This document shows positions 55,924-64,000 of a stretch of 64,000 bases of DNA, piece by piece; the stretch's first letter is position 1, and each line of letters opens with the position of its first letter. Origin of the DNA: Candidatus Eiseniibacteriota bacterium (GTDB lineage Bacteria > Eisenbacteria > RBG-16-71-46); NCBI GenBank assembly GCA_044222065.1, contig JBGAOA010000003.1, positions 32,001 through 96,000 of the forward strand. The letters run 5' to 3'. The notes under the pieces are model-generated. The model did not search any database. It was given only the letters and a program-made list of their open reading frames with translations, and was not told where the DNA came from. The position numbers and the translations under genes were made by a program.

Positions 55924-58146
55924 ATGAGCGAGATCCAGGGCCTCACGCTTCCCGCGCTTCCCGACCGTCAGCGGAGCTTCCGCTGGCGCTATTACCTCGT
56001 GCGCGGCGTGCTCGTGCTCGTGCTGCTCGCGTTCGCGGCGCTGCTGCCGCGCAGCGACGCCGAGCGCGAGCGCTACCGCTACCGCGAAGGCGACATCGCG
56101 CGCGAGCGCGTCGTCGCGCCGTTCGACTTCCGCGTCGAGAAGGACGAGGTCGTGCTGCGCCGCGAGCAGCAGTCGGCCGCGGCCGCGGTGACGCCCGTGT
56201 ACATGCTCGACGCGCGCGTCTCGACCGAGATGCAGACGCGCTACGCGCTGTTCCAGCAGAAGGCGCTCGAGGTCGCGCTCGACCCGGCGGTGCGCGCCGC
56301 GGACCGCACGCAGCGCCTGCGGGCGCTCGGCGTGCCGCTCGGCGAGGAGAGCGCGACCGCGCTCGCCGCGCCCGGCCGCGCGCGCCGCGTGCTCGAAGGG
56401 CTCGGCGTGTGGCTGCGCGAGGTGTACGACGCCGGCATCGCCGCCGAGAAGCGCGGCGACCTGCTGCAGGGGTACCGCACGGTGAGCCTGCGGACCGGGG
56501 ACACCGAGGCGCCGCACGCGGCGAGCCTGTTCCTCGACCGTCGCGAGGCGCTCGCGCTCATCGACCGGCGCGCCCGTCCGATGTTCGACGGCGACGAGCG
56601 CGGCCAGCGGCTCGTCGCGGAACTCGCGAGTGCGTTCGTCCAGCCGAACATCGTCTACGACCGCGCCGAGACCGAGTGGCGCCGCGTGCAGGCGCAGAGC
56701 GTCGTGCCGTCCACGATCAGCACGGTGAAGAAGGACGAGCTCGTCGTGGACGCGAACCAGCGCATCTCGCGCGACGCGCTCCTCAAGCTCCGGTCGCTGT
56801 CGAACGTGCTCTCGGCGCGCCGCAGCCGCACCGAGTTCCTGTACCCGCCGGTCGCGCGCATGCTGCTCATGCTGCTGTTCATCGCGGTGTTCGCGGCCTA
56901 CCTGCGCGTCGAGCTGCCCGCCGTGTACCGCGACAACTCGATGCTGACCATGTTCACGATGCTGTCGGCGATCGTGATGCTGTGCGCGGAGCTGCTCGTC
57001 GGCCAGCTCGGTTACTCCGAGTTCGTCGTGCCGCTCGCGCTCGCGCCGCTCGTCGTCGGCTCGCTGCTCGAGAAGCGTCCGGCGCTCGTCTTCACGCTCG
57101 TGCTCGCGGTGACGATCTCGTCGGTGATGGAGCTGCGCGCGCCGTTCATGCCGGTCGCGGTCATGGGCGGCCTCACCGCGGTGTACTCGGTGTCGCGCCT
57201 GCGCCACCGCCTGCACTTCGTGCGCGCGACGCTCGTGATCGCGGCCGCGAACGTCGCCGCGATCCTCGCGTGGGACCTCGCGCGCGCCTCGTCGGCGACG
57301 GTGCTGCTGCGCGATCTCGGATGGGGCGGCCTCAACGCGGCGCTCGCGACGTCGCTCGCGTTCCTCGTGCTGCCGCTCGTGGAACTCGCGTTCCGCATGA
57401 CGAGCGACATCACGCTGCTCGAGCTGTCGGACCTGAACCGCCCGATCCTCAAGCGCATGCAGCTCGAGGCGCCCGGCACGTACCACCACAGCATGGTCGT
57501 CGGCTCGCTCGCCGAGGCGGCCGCCGAGGCGATCGGGGCGAATTCGCTGCTCGCGCGCGTCGCCGCGTACTACCACGACATCGGCAAGCTCGCGAAGCCC
57601 GAGTACTACGCCGAGAACGAGCCGGCGTCGTCGCGTTCGCGCCACGAGAAGCTGACGCCGAGCATGAGCGCGCTCGTCGTGAAGTCGCACATCACGGAAG
57701 GCCTCGAGATCGCGCGCAAGGAGCGCCTGCCGCGCGCCGTGCGCGACGCGATCCCCGAGCACCACGGCACGATGGTGATGGCGTTCTTCTATCACAAGGC
57801 GCTCGAGGCCGACGAAGGCGCGCGGCGCGAGGACTACAGCTACCCCGGGCCGAAGCCGCGCTCGCGCGAGACCGCGATCCTCATGCTCGCGGACGGCGTC
57901 GAAGGCGCCTCGCGCGCGCTCGCCGAGCCGACGCCGAGCCGCATCCGCGGGCTCGTGCAGCGCATCATCGACGAACGCGTGCGCGACGGTCAGCTCGACG
58001 ACTGCGATCTCACGCTGCAGGAGCTGGCGAAGATCCGCGAGGCGTTCATCCCGGTGCTGACCGCGATCTTCCACGTGCGCGCGCCCTACCCGACGTTCAA
58101 CGTGCCGAAGCGCGCCGATGCCGATCTCCGTCGCAGCGCCGACTGA
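55924..58146 (+). CDS. 7TM-HD (HDIG) phosphohydrolase, PgpH-like
   Basis: Extracellular domain, about 7 TMs, APGTYHHS, YHDIGK, EHHGT, YPGPKP and MLADGVE. Confidence 0.92.
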   Translation: MSEIQGLTLPALPDRQRSFRWRYYLVRGVLVLVLLAFAALLPRSDAERERYRYREGDIARERVVAPFDFRVEKDEVVLRREQQSAAAAVTPVYMLDARVSTEMQTRYALFQQKALEVALDPAVRAADRTQRLRALGVPLGEESATALAAPGRARRVLEGLGVWLREVYDAGIAAEKRGDLLQGYRTVSLRTGDTEAPHAASLFLDRREALALIDRRARPMFDGDERGQRLVAELASAFVQPNIVYDRAETEWRRVQAQSVVPSTISTVKKDELVVDANQRISRDALLKLRSLSNVLSARRSRTEFLYPPVARMLLMLLFIAVFAAYLRVELPAVYRDNSMLTMFTMLSAIVMLCAELLVGQLGYSEFVVPLALAPLVVGSLLEKRPALVFTLVLAVTISSVMELRAPFMPVAVMGGLTAVYSVSRLRHRLHFVRATLVIAAANVAAILAWDLARASSATVLLRDLGWGGLNAALATSLAFLVLPLVELAFRMTSDITLLELSDLNRPILKRMQLEAPGTYHHSMVVGSLAEAAAEAIGANSLLARVAAYYHDIGKLAKPEYYAENEPASSRSRHEKLTPSMSALVVKSHITEGLEIARKERLPRAVRDAIPEHHGTMVMAFFYHKALEADEGARREDYSYPGPKPRSRETAILMLADGVEGASRALAEPTPSRIRGLVQRIIDERVRDGQLDDCDLTLQELAKIREAFIPVLTAIFHVRAPYPTFNVPKRADADLRRSAD

Positions 58147-58870
58147 GCGGCGCGCCGTCGCAACGCCGCTGCGCGCGATCGTGCGCGCCGTGCTGGCGGG
58201 CGAGTCGCGGCGCGCGGACGAGGTCGCGGTCGTGATCGCCGACGACGCGCGGCTGCGCGAACTGAACCGGCGCTGGCGCGGGATCGACCGCGCGACCGAC
58301 GTGCTCAGCTTCAACTACGACGAGGGCGAACGCGGCTGGCGCGAAGCCCCGATCCGCGGCGACCTCGTCGTCTCGATGGACCGCGTGTTCGCGCAGGCGA
58401 AACGCTACCGCGTGACGCCGGGCAAGGAACTCGCGCGGCTCGTCGTCCACGGCGCGCTGCACCTGTGCGGGCACGACCACCACGCGGCGGGCGAGCGGCG
58501 CGTGATGCGCGCGCGCGAGCAGGCGGCGCTGCGCTCGCTCGGCGGCGCGATCCGCCGGCTCGACGGAGCGCTGCGATGCGCGCCCGCGCGCCGCGCCTCG
58601 CGCGCGCGTTCCGCGCCGCCGCCGCGCTGCTCGCGCTCGCGGCGCTCGCGGGCGGCTGCGCGGGCGGCCGGCCGCGCATCGAGCGCGACTTCCTCGACAC
58701 GATCAAGCACGCCGAACGCGTCACGGTCTCGCGCTGCGAGTTCCCCGATCCGACCGAAACCGAGGGCGAAGCGGTCGCGAAGTCGCCCGACGATCCGTTC
58801 CCCGACCTCGTGCGCGTCGCGAGTGCCACGCCGGACGCGCGCTGGACGGCGCGCGCCGCGGGCAAGCTGA
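58118..58870 (+). CDS. ybeY: rRNA maturation endoribonuclease YbeY (homology ends near 58576; frame reads through into the next gene)
   Basis: LNRRWRG..ATDVLSF, GDLVVS and HGALHLCGHDH. Confidence 0.9.
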   Translation: MPISVAAPTERRAVATPLRAIVRAVLAGESRRADEVAVVIADDARLRELNRRWRGIDRATDVLSFNYDEGERGWREAPIRGDLVVSMDRVFAQAKRYRVTPGKELARLVVHGALHLCGHDHHAAGERRVMRAREQAALRSLGGAIRRLDGALRCAPARRASRARSAPPPRCSRSRRSRAAARAAGRASSATSSTRSSTPNASRSRAASSPIRPKPRAKRSRSRPTIRSPTSCASRVPRRTRAGRRAPRAS

Positions 58871-59454
58871 TCGGCAGCCTCGAGTACGCCCCCGATCCGT
58901 ACGCGCCGTGCCGCTCGTGCCCGCTCGAAGCGGTGTTCGAGCTGCGCTTCGAGCGCGCCGGACGCGTCGCGCGCGCGTTCGTCTTCCCGGCGCGCCACGA
59001 GGTGCGGCTCTATTCGGCGACCTTCCCGCAGGTCTGGCGCCCGCGCCCGGACCGCGTGCCGCACCTGCTCGCGCTCGTGCGCGAGGCGCTCGCCGCCGAC
59101 CCGCTCACGATCTCGATGGACGCGAAGGGCCACCTCGATGCCGACGGCTTCCGCCGTGCGCATCCGTCCATGAACTTCTTCGAGGTCCTGCCCGAACTGC
59201 TCGTCGCACCGGACTCGATCGCGCCGCACTACCCCGAATCCGCGCGCGCGGCCGGCATCGAGGGCATGGTCCTCCTGAGCGTGCACGTCACGGCCGAGGG
59301 CGCGGTGGACAGCGCGCGCGTCGTGCGTTCGATCCCCGAGCTGGACGCGGCCGCGATCGAGTCGGCGTACCGGATGCGGTTCCGCCCCGCGCGCTCGTTC
59401 GGCGAGCCCGCCGCGACGTGGATCGCGGTGCCGGTGAGCTTCAAGCTCCGCTGA
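58576..59454 (+). CDS. Putative lipoprotein with C-terminal TonB_C domain
   Basis: Lipobox-like LAGGC and C-terminal YPESARAAGIEG.V...LDAAAIE...FRPA...VPVSFKL. Confidence 0.8.
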   Translation: MRARAPRLARAFRAAAALLALAALAGGCAGGRPRIERDFLDTIKHAERVTVSRCEFPDPTETEGEAVAKSPDDPFPDLVRVASATPDARWTARAAGKLIGSLEYAPDPYAPCRSCPLEAVFELRFERAGRVARAFVFPARHEVRLYSATFPQVWRPRPDRVPHLLALVREALAADPLTISMDAKGHLDADGFRRAHPSMNFFEVLPELLVAPDSIAPHYPESARAAGIEGMVLLSVHVTAEGAVDSARVVRSIPELDAAAIESAYRMRFRPARSFGEPAATWIAVPVSFKLR

Positions 59455-59563
59455 GCGCAACGCGCGCGCCGCCGCGTGACCGCGCGCGCGCGAATCGCTA
59501 GAGTCCCCGCCGCACGCTTCATTTCGTCCACGCCGGACCCGCAGCGTCCCCGGACACGAGACC

Positions 59564-60175
59564 ATGGGCCGAATCCGCAACTACCTCCTCACCGGACTCA
59601 TCGTGCTCGCCCCGACCGCGATCACGATCACGGTCTTCTACCGGCTCCTGAACTGGGTCGACAACCTGCTCGGGCGCTACCTGCGCTTCGAGGCGCTCGA
59701 CTACCACCGCATCCCCGGGCTCGGCCTGCTCGCGACGCTGCTGCTGCTCGTGATCGTCGGCTTCGTCGCGTCGCGCATCGGCGCGCGCCCGCTGCTGCGC
59801 GTCTGGGACCAGCTGCTCATGCGCATCCCCGGCGTCGGCATCGTCTACGGCTCGACGAAGTCGCTCGGCGAGGCGTTCCTGAACAAGAAGGAGCAGGCGT
59901 TCAAGCAGGTCGTGCTCGTGCCGTGGCCGCGCGAGAACGTGTGGCGCGTCGGCTTCCTCACCGGCCGCGCGAACTCCGACGTGCGCGAGAAGCTCGGCGG
60001 CGACGTCGAGGTCGTGTTCGTCCCGCACACGCCGAACCCGGCCTCGGGCTTCGTGCACTACTTCCCGAAGAAGGACGTCGTGTACCTCGACTGGCCGATC
60101 GAGGACGGGCTCAAGGTGATCGTGTCGGGCGGCGTCGTGCAGCCCGACGTCGCGGCGCCGCGCGCGGGCGCCTGA
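59564..60175 (+). CDS. DUF502 membrane protein
   Basis: YLLTGLIVLAP, IPGLG, RIPGV..VY and VFVPHTPNPASGF. Confidence 0.92.
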   Translation: MGRIRNYLLTGLIVLAPTAITITVFYRLLNWVDNLLGRYLRFEALDYHRIPGLGLLATLLLLVIVGFVASRIGARPLLRVWDQLLMRIPGVGIVYGSTKSLGEAFLNKKEQAFKQVVLVPWPRENVWRVGFLTGRANSDVREKLGGDVEVVFVPHTPNPASGFVHYFPKKDVVYLDWPIEDGLKVIVSGGVVQPDVAAPRAGA

Positions 60176-60208
60176 GCCCGCGCCGGGTCGCGGGGGAACG
60201 GATCCGCC

Positions 60209-60988
60209 GTGGCGCTCGTGACGAGCGAAGGCATCGTCCTCAAGATCCAGGCGCTCGGCGACACGAGCCGCATCGTCACCGTCTACACGCGCGATCACGG
60301 CCTGCGGAAGTTCGTCGCGAAGGGCGCGCGCAAGACGCCCGCGCGTTTCGGTTTCGCGCTCGAGCCGCTGTCGCGCGCGCGCTACGTCTTCTACCTGAAG
60401 CCCGACCGCGACCTGCACCTGCTGTCGCAGGCCGAGGTGCTCGACGCCTACGGCAGCCGCGTGACGAGCCTGCGCCGGCTCGCCCACGCGCAGGCGGCGC
60501 TCGAGCTGCTCGACCGGCTCGTGTGGGGCGAGGAGCCGCACTCCGAGCTGTTCGAGCTGCTGCGCGACACGCTCGCGGCACTCGCCGCGGCGCCCGACCG
60601 CGCGCTCGCGACGATCACGATCGCCTACCAGCTCCAGGTCGCGGGGCTGCTCGGCTACCGCCCGCGGCTCGACGCCTGCGCGCACTGCGGCGGGCCTCTC
60701 TCGCCGCGGCGCGTGTTCTCGGCCGCGCGCGGCGGGCTGCTGTGCGACGCCGACGCCGCGCGCGAGGCGGGCACGGTCGTGCTCAGCGCGGACGCGCTCG
60801 GCGGGCTGTCGCTGCTGCTCACGCGCCCCGTCGGCGAGGCCGGCGACTACGTCGAGCTGAAGAACGCGGGCGAGATCCTGCGCGTCGTCGAGCTGTTCCT
60901 GCGCGAGCACTTCCTGCGCTTCCGCGGCCTGCGCTCGCTCGAGGTGCTGAAGTCGCTGCCGGGGGAGGACGCCGCGCCGCGCGGCTGA
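60209..60988 (+). CDS. recO: DNA repair protein RecO
   Basis: [20 protein letters not shown] and a zinc finger CAHCG...GGLLC. Confidence 0.93.
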   Translation: MALVTSEGIVLKIQALGDTSRIVTVYTRDHGLRKFVAKGARKTPARFGFALEPLSRARYVFYLKPDRDLHLLSQAEVLDAYGSRVTSLRRLAHAQAALELLDRLVWGEEPHSELFELLRDTLAALAAAPDRALATITIAYQLQVAGLLGYRPRLDACAHCGGPLSPRRVFSAARGGLLCDADAAREAGTVVLSADALGGLSLLLTRPVGEAGDYVELKNAGEILRVVELFLREHFLRFRGLRSLEVLKSLPGEDAAPRG

Positions 60989-61082
60989 GCCGCGCCGCCG
61001 CCTTCGGCTCGACGTTCGTGAATGCGTCAGGCTAGACTGCCGCGCTTCCGACCGCGATCCACTCCTTCCGAGACGCCGCGCC

Positions 61083-62084
61083 ATGTCCGCTCCCGATCCC
61101 CGCCAGTCCCTGCAGGCGATGATGCTCGCGCTCGAGACCTACTGGGCCGAGCGGGGCTGCGTGATCCAGCAGCCGTATCCGTCCGAGGTCGGCGCCGGCA
61201 CGTTCAACCCCGCGACGTTCCTGCGCTCGCTCGGCCCCGAACCGTGGCGCGTCGCGTACGTCGAGCCGTCGCGGCGGCCGAAGGACGGGCGCTACGGCGA
61301 GAACCCGAACCGCTTCCAGCAGTTCTTCCAGTACCAGGTGCTGCTCAAGCCCTCGCCCGGTGACGTCGTGGACCAGTACTTCGACTCGCTGCGCGCGATC
61401 GGCATCGAGCCGCGCGAACACGACCTGCGCCTCGTCGAGGACGACTGGGAGTCGCCGACGCTCGGCGCGGCCGGGCTCGGCTGGCAGGTGTGGATGGACG
61501 GCACCGAGATCTCGCAGTTCACGTACTTCCAGCAGTGCGGCGGACTCGAGCTGCCGGTCGTGTCGGCCGAGCTGACGTACGGCCTCGACCGCATCGGGAT
61601 GATGCTGCAGAAGAGGGACCGCGTTCAGGACCTCGCGTGGGCGCCCGGCGTCACGTGGGGCGACCTGTGGGTGCGCAACGAGTGGGAGTGGTCGCACTAC
61701 AACTTCGAACAGGCGCCGGTCGAGGCGCTGTTCGAGATGTTCCGCGTGTGGGAGACGGAAGCCTCGCGGCTCCTCGACCTGAAGCTCGTGGCACCCGGCT
61801 ACGACGCCGTCATCAAGTGCTCGCACGTCTTCAACCTGCTCGATGCGCGCGGCGCGATCTCGGTGAGCGAGCGCGTCGGCTACATCGGGCGCGTGCGGAA
61901 GATCGCGCGCCAGGCGGCGCTCGCGCATCACCACCTGCGCGCCGAGCTCGGCTACCCGCTCATCCCGGATCCGGCCGAGCGCCAGCGCTGGCTCGACGCC
62001 TACGCCGCGCAGCAGGAGAAGGCGAAGGGCGCGAAGAAGGCCGGCGAGGCGAAGGCCGCGAAGAAAGCCGGGGCGGACGCGTGA
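61083..62084 (+). CDS. glyQ: Glycine--tRNA ligase alpha subunit
   Basis: [46 protein letters not shown] and ELTYGLDR. Confidence 0.97.
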   Translation: MSAPDPRQSLQAMMLALETYWAERGCVIQQPYPSEVGAGTFNPATFLRSLGPEPWRVAYVEPSRRPKDGRYGENPNRFQQFFQYQVLLKPSPGDVVDQYFDSLRAIGIEPREHDLRLVEDDWESPTLGAAGLGWQVWMDGTEISQFTYFQQCGGLELPVVSAELTYGLDRIGMMLQKRDRVQDLAWAPGVTWGDLWVRNEWEWSHYNFEQAPVEALFEMFRVWETEASRLLDLKLVAPGYDAVIKCSHVFNLLDARGAISVSERVGYIGRVRKIARQAALAHHHLRAELGYPLIPDPAERQRWLDAYAAQQEKAKGAKKAGEAKAAKKAGADA

Positions 62085-64000
62085 GCCGCGACCTGCTGTT
62101 CGAGATCGGCGTCGAAGAGGTTCCGGCCGGTTACATCCCGCCGGCGCTCGACCAGCTCGAGGCCGGCGCGCGCGCGCTGCTCGCGGATCTTCGGCTCGCG
62201 CACGGCGACGTGCGCGTGAGCGGCACGCCGCGGCGGCTCGCGCTCGAGGTCGCGGGGGTCGCCGAGCGCCAGCCCGATGCGACCGAGGAGGCGATGGGGC
62301 CCGCGGTGAAGGCGGCGTACGACGCGAGCGGCCAGCCGACGAAGGCGCTGCTCGGCTTCTGTCAGGGGCGCGGCGTCGAGCTGTCGGCCGTACGGCGCGT
62401 CGAGACGCCGAAGGGCGAGTACGTGGCCGTGACGGTGCAGCGTGTCGGCAAGCCCGCGGCCGAAGTGCTCGGCGTCGGGCTCGCGACGCTCGCGACGAAG
62501 CTGCAGTTCCCGAAGAGCATGCGCTGGCTCGACGACGACACGCGCTTCGCCCGGCCGGTGCGCTGGCTCGTCGCGCTGTTCGGCGCCGACGTGATCCCGG
62601 TGCGCGCGTTCCAGCTCGACGCGGGCCGCGTCACGCGCGGCCACCGCTTCCTCGCGCCCGGACCGCTGGAAGTTCCTGACGCCGCGGCGTACGCCGCGGC
62701 GCTCGCTTCGCGCGACGTGACCGCGGATCCGGCCGCGCGCGCGGCCGACATCGAGGCGCAGCTCGCGCGCGAGGCGCAGGCCGCCGGCGGCCGCGTCGTC
62801 GCCGACGCCGAGCTCGTCGAGATCAACAACTTCATGGTCGAGCGGCCGACGGTCGTGCGCGGCGCGTTCGACGCGCGCTACCTCGACCTGCCGCGCGAGG
62901 TGATCGTGACGGCGCTGCGCGAGCACCAGAAGTTCTTCGCGGTCGAGGACGCGTCGGGCGCGCTCCAGCCCGCGTTCCTCGCGGTCCGCAACGGCGACGA
63001 TCGCGGTCTCGATCTCGTGCGCAAGGGCAACCAGGACGTGCTCGTCGCGCGGCTCGAGGACGCGAAGTTCTACTGGGACACCGACCTCAAGACCGCGCCC
63101 GCGGCGGCGGTCGAGAAGCTCGGCGCGGTCGTGTGGATGGAAGGGCTCGGGAGCCTGCGCGAGAAGGCGGCGCGGCTCGAGTCGCTCGGCGGCTGGCTCG
63201 CCGAGCGGCTCGCGCCCGCGGACGCCGCGCACGTGCGGCGCGCCGCGCTCCTCTGCAAGACCGATCTGCTCGGCGAGATGATCGGCAGCGGCAAGGAGTA
63301 CGCGGTGCTCGAAGGCGTGATGGGCGGCCACTACGCGCGGCGCGCGGGCGAGCCCGAGGCCGTCTGTGTCGCGATCGCCGAGCACTACCGGCCGCGCGGC
63401 GCGAGCGACGCCTGCCCGGCCTCGGCCGCGGGCTCGCTGCTCGCGCTCGCCGACAAGCTCGACCACGTCGCCGGCGCGTTCGTCGGCGGCAAGATCCCGT
63501 CGGGCTCGGAAGACCCGTACGGCGTGCGGCGCGCGGGCAACGGCGTCGTGCGCATCCTGATCGAGCAGGACCGCCGCCTCGACCTGCGCGATGCGACGAT
63601 GGAGAGCACCCGCACGTTCTTCGCCGCGAACCCCGAGCTGCCGCAGGCCGACGTCGTGAAAAAGCTCGGCGAGTTCTGGCGCGGCCGCGTGGACGTGGCG
63701 CTCGAAGACCGCGGCGTGCCGTACGACGTGCGCGAGGCCGCGCTCGAAGCGCGCCTGCCGATGGAGGGCGCGGGACGCAGCCGCCCCGGCTGGATCGACC
63801 CCGCCGACGCGCTCGCGCGCGCGCGCACGCTCGTCGAGTTCCGCGGCGACCGGCGCTTCGAGCCGCTCGTCGTGCTGTTCAAGCGCGTCGCGAACATCCT
63901 CGCCAAGTCGTCCGACGCGCTGCCCGCGGCGCTCGACCGCGCGCGGCTCGGCGAAGCGGCCGAGCGCGACCTCGCGGGCGCGCTCGACGCCGCGCGCGCG
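62081..64000 (+). CDS. glyS: Glycine--tRNA ligase beta subunit, 3' truncated by the window edge
   Basis: GTG overlapping the glyQ stop. [40 protein letters not shown] and [10 protein letters not shown]. Confidence 0.96.
   Translation, partial: MSRDLLFEIGVEEVPAGYIPPALDQLEAGARALLADLRLAHGDVRVSGTPRRLALEVAGVAERQPDATEEAMGPAVKAAYDASGQPTKALLGFCQGRGVELSAVRRVETPKGEYVAVTVQRVGKPAAEVLGVGLATLATKLQFPKSMRWLDDDTRFARPVRWLVALFGADVIPVRAFQLDAGRVTRGHRFLAPGPLEVPDAAAYAAALASRDVTADPAARAADIEAQLAREAQAAGGRVVADAELVEINNFMVERPTVVRGAFDARYLDLPREVIVTALREHQKFFAVEDASGALQPAFLAVRNGDDRGLDLVRKGNQDVLVARLEDAKFYWDTDLKTAPAAAVEKLGAVVWMEGLGSLREKAARLESLGGWLAERLAPADAAHVRRAALLCKTDLLGEMIGSGKEYAVLEGVMGGHYARRAGEPEAVCVAIAEHYRPRGASDACPASAAGSLLALADKLDHVAGAFVGGKIPSGSEDPYGVRRAGNGVVRILIEQDRRLDLRDATMESTRTFFAANPELPQADVVKKLGEFWRGRVDVALEDRGVPYDVREAALEARLPMEGAGRSRPGWIDPADALARARTLVEFRGDRRFEPLVVLFKRVANILAKSSDALPAALDRARLGEAAERDLAGALDAARA

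Noticed and set aside
60989..61082. T-box riboswitch upstream of glyQS
   Set aside because: The gap is only about 94 nt with no T-box motif; only a -10-like TAGACT is present.

Overview
A 64 kb window of a very GC-rich bacterial chromosome. The two secreted proteins ending in a '(F)DVAGR.V' Ig-like domain suggest an FCB-associated candidate phylum such as Eisenbacteria, but this is an inference. No rRNA, tRNA, CRISPR array, transposase or integrase was recognised. In order, the window holds: (1) a sugar/redox cluster (debranching enzyme, aquaporin, kinase, tandem DM13, spondin, GMC oxidoreductase, VOC protein, haloarchaeal-type glucose dehydrogenase) with three copies of an ECF-type promoter CGGGAACC-N16-CRTTC; (2) an ECF sigma/anti-sigma pair flanked by two DUF4097 genes; (3) a MacAB-like ABC exporter with a sigma-54 enhancer architecture and a neighbouring NtrBC-like pair; (4) a methylcrotonyl-CoA carboxylase (liu-like) gene set split by about 21 kb; (5) inside that gap, a TetR-led anaerobic benzoyl-CoA operon (had, oah, SDR, thiolase, DUF35, dch, bcrCBAD-like, small CxxC protein); (6) a putative phosphorelay of hybrid kinase, ChpT-like pseudokinase and sigma-54 activator, followed by a sigma-54 promoter driving a highly structured transcript with a small lmo0937-like ORF; (7) a GT-C-like gene flanked by an 82 bp duplication of the 3' end of an EamA gene; (8) the housekeeping run phoH, HD, ybeY, (tonB-like), DUF502, recO, glyQ, glyS. 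All calls come from motif reading by eye; no database searches were run.
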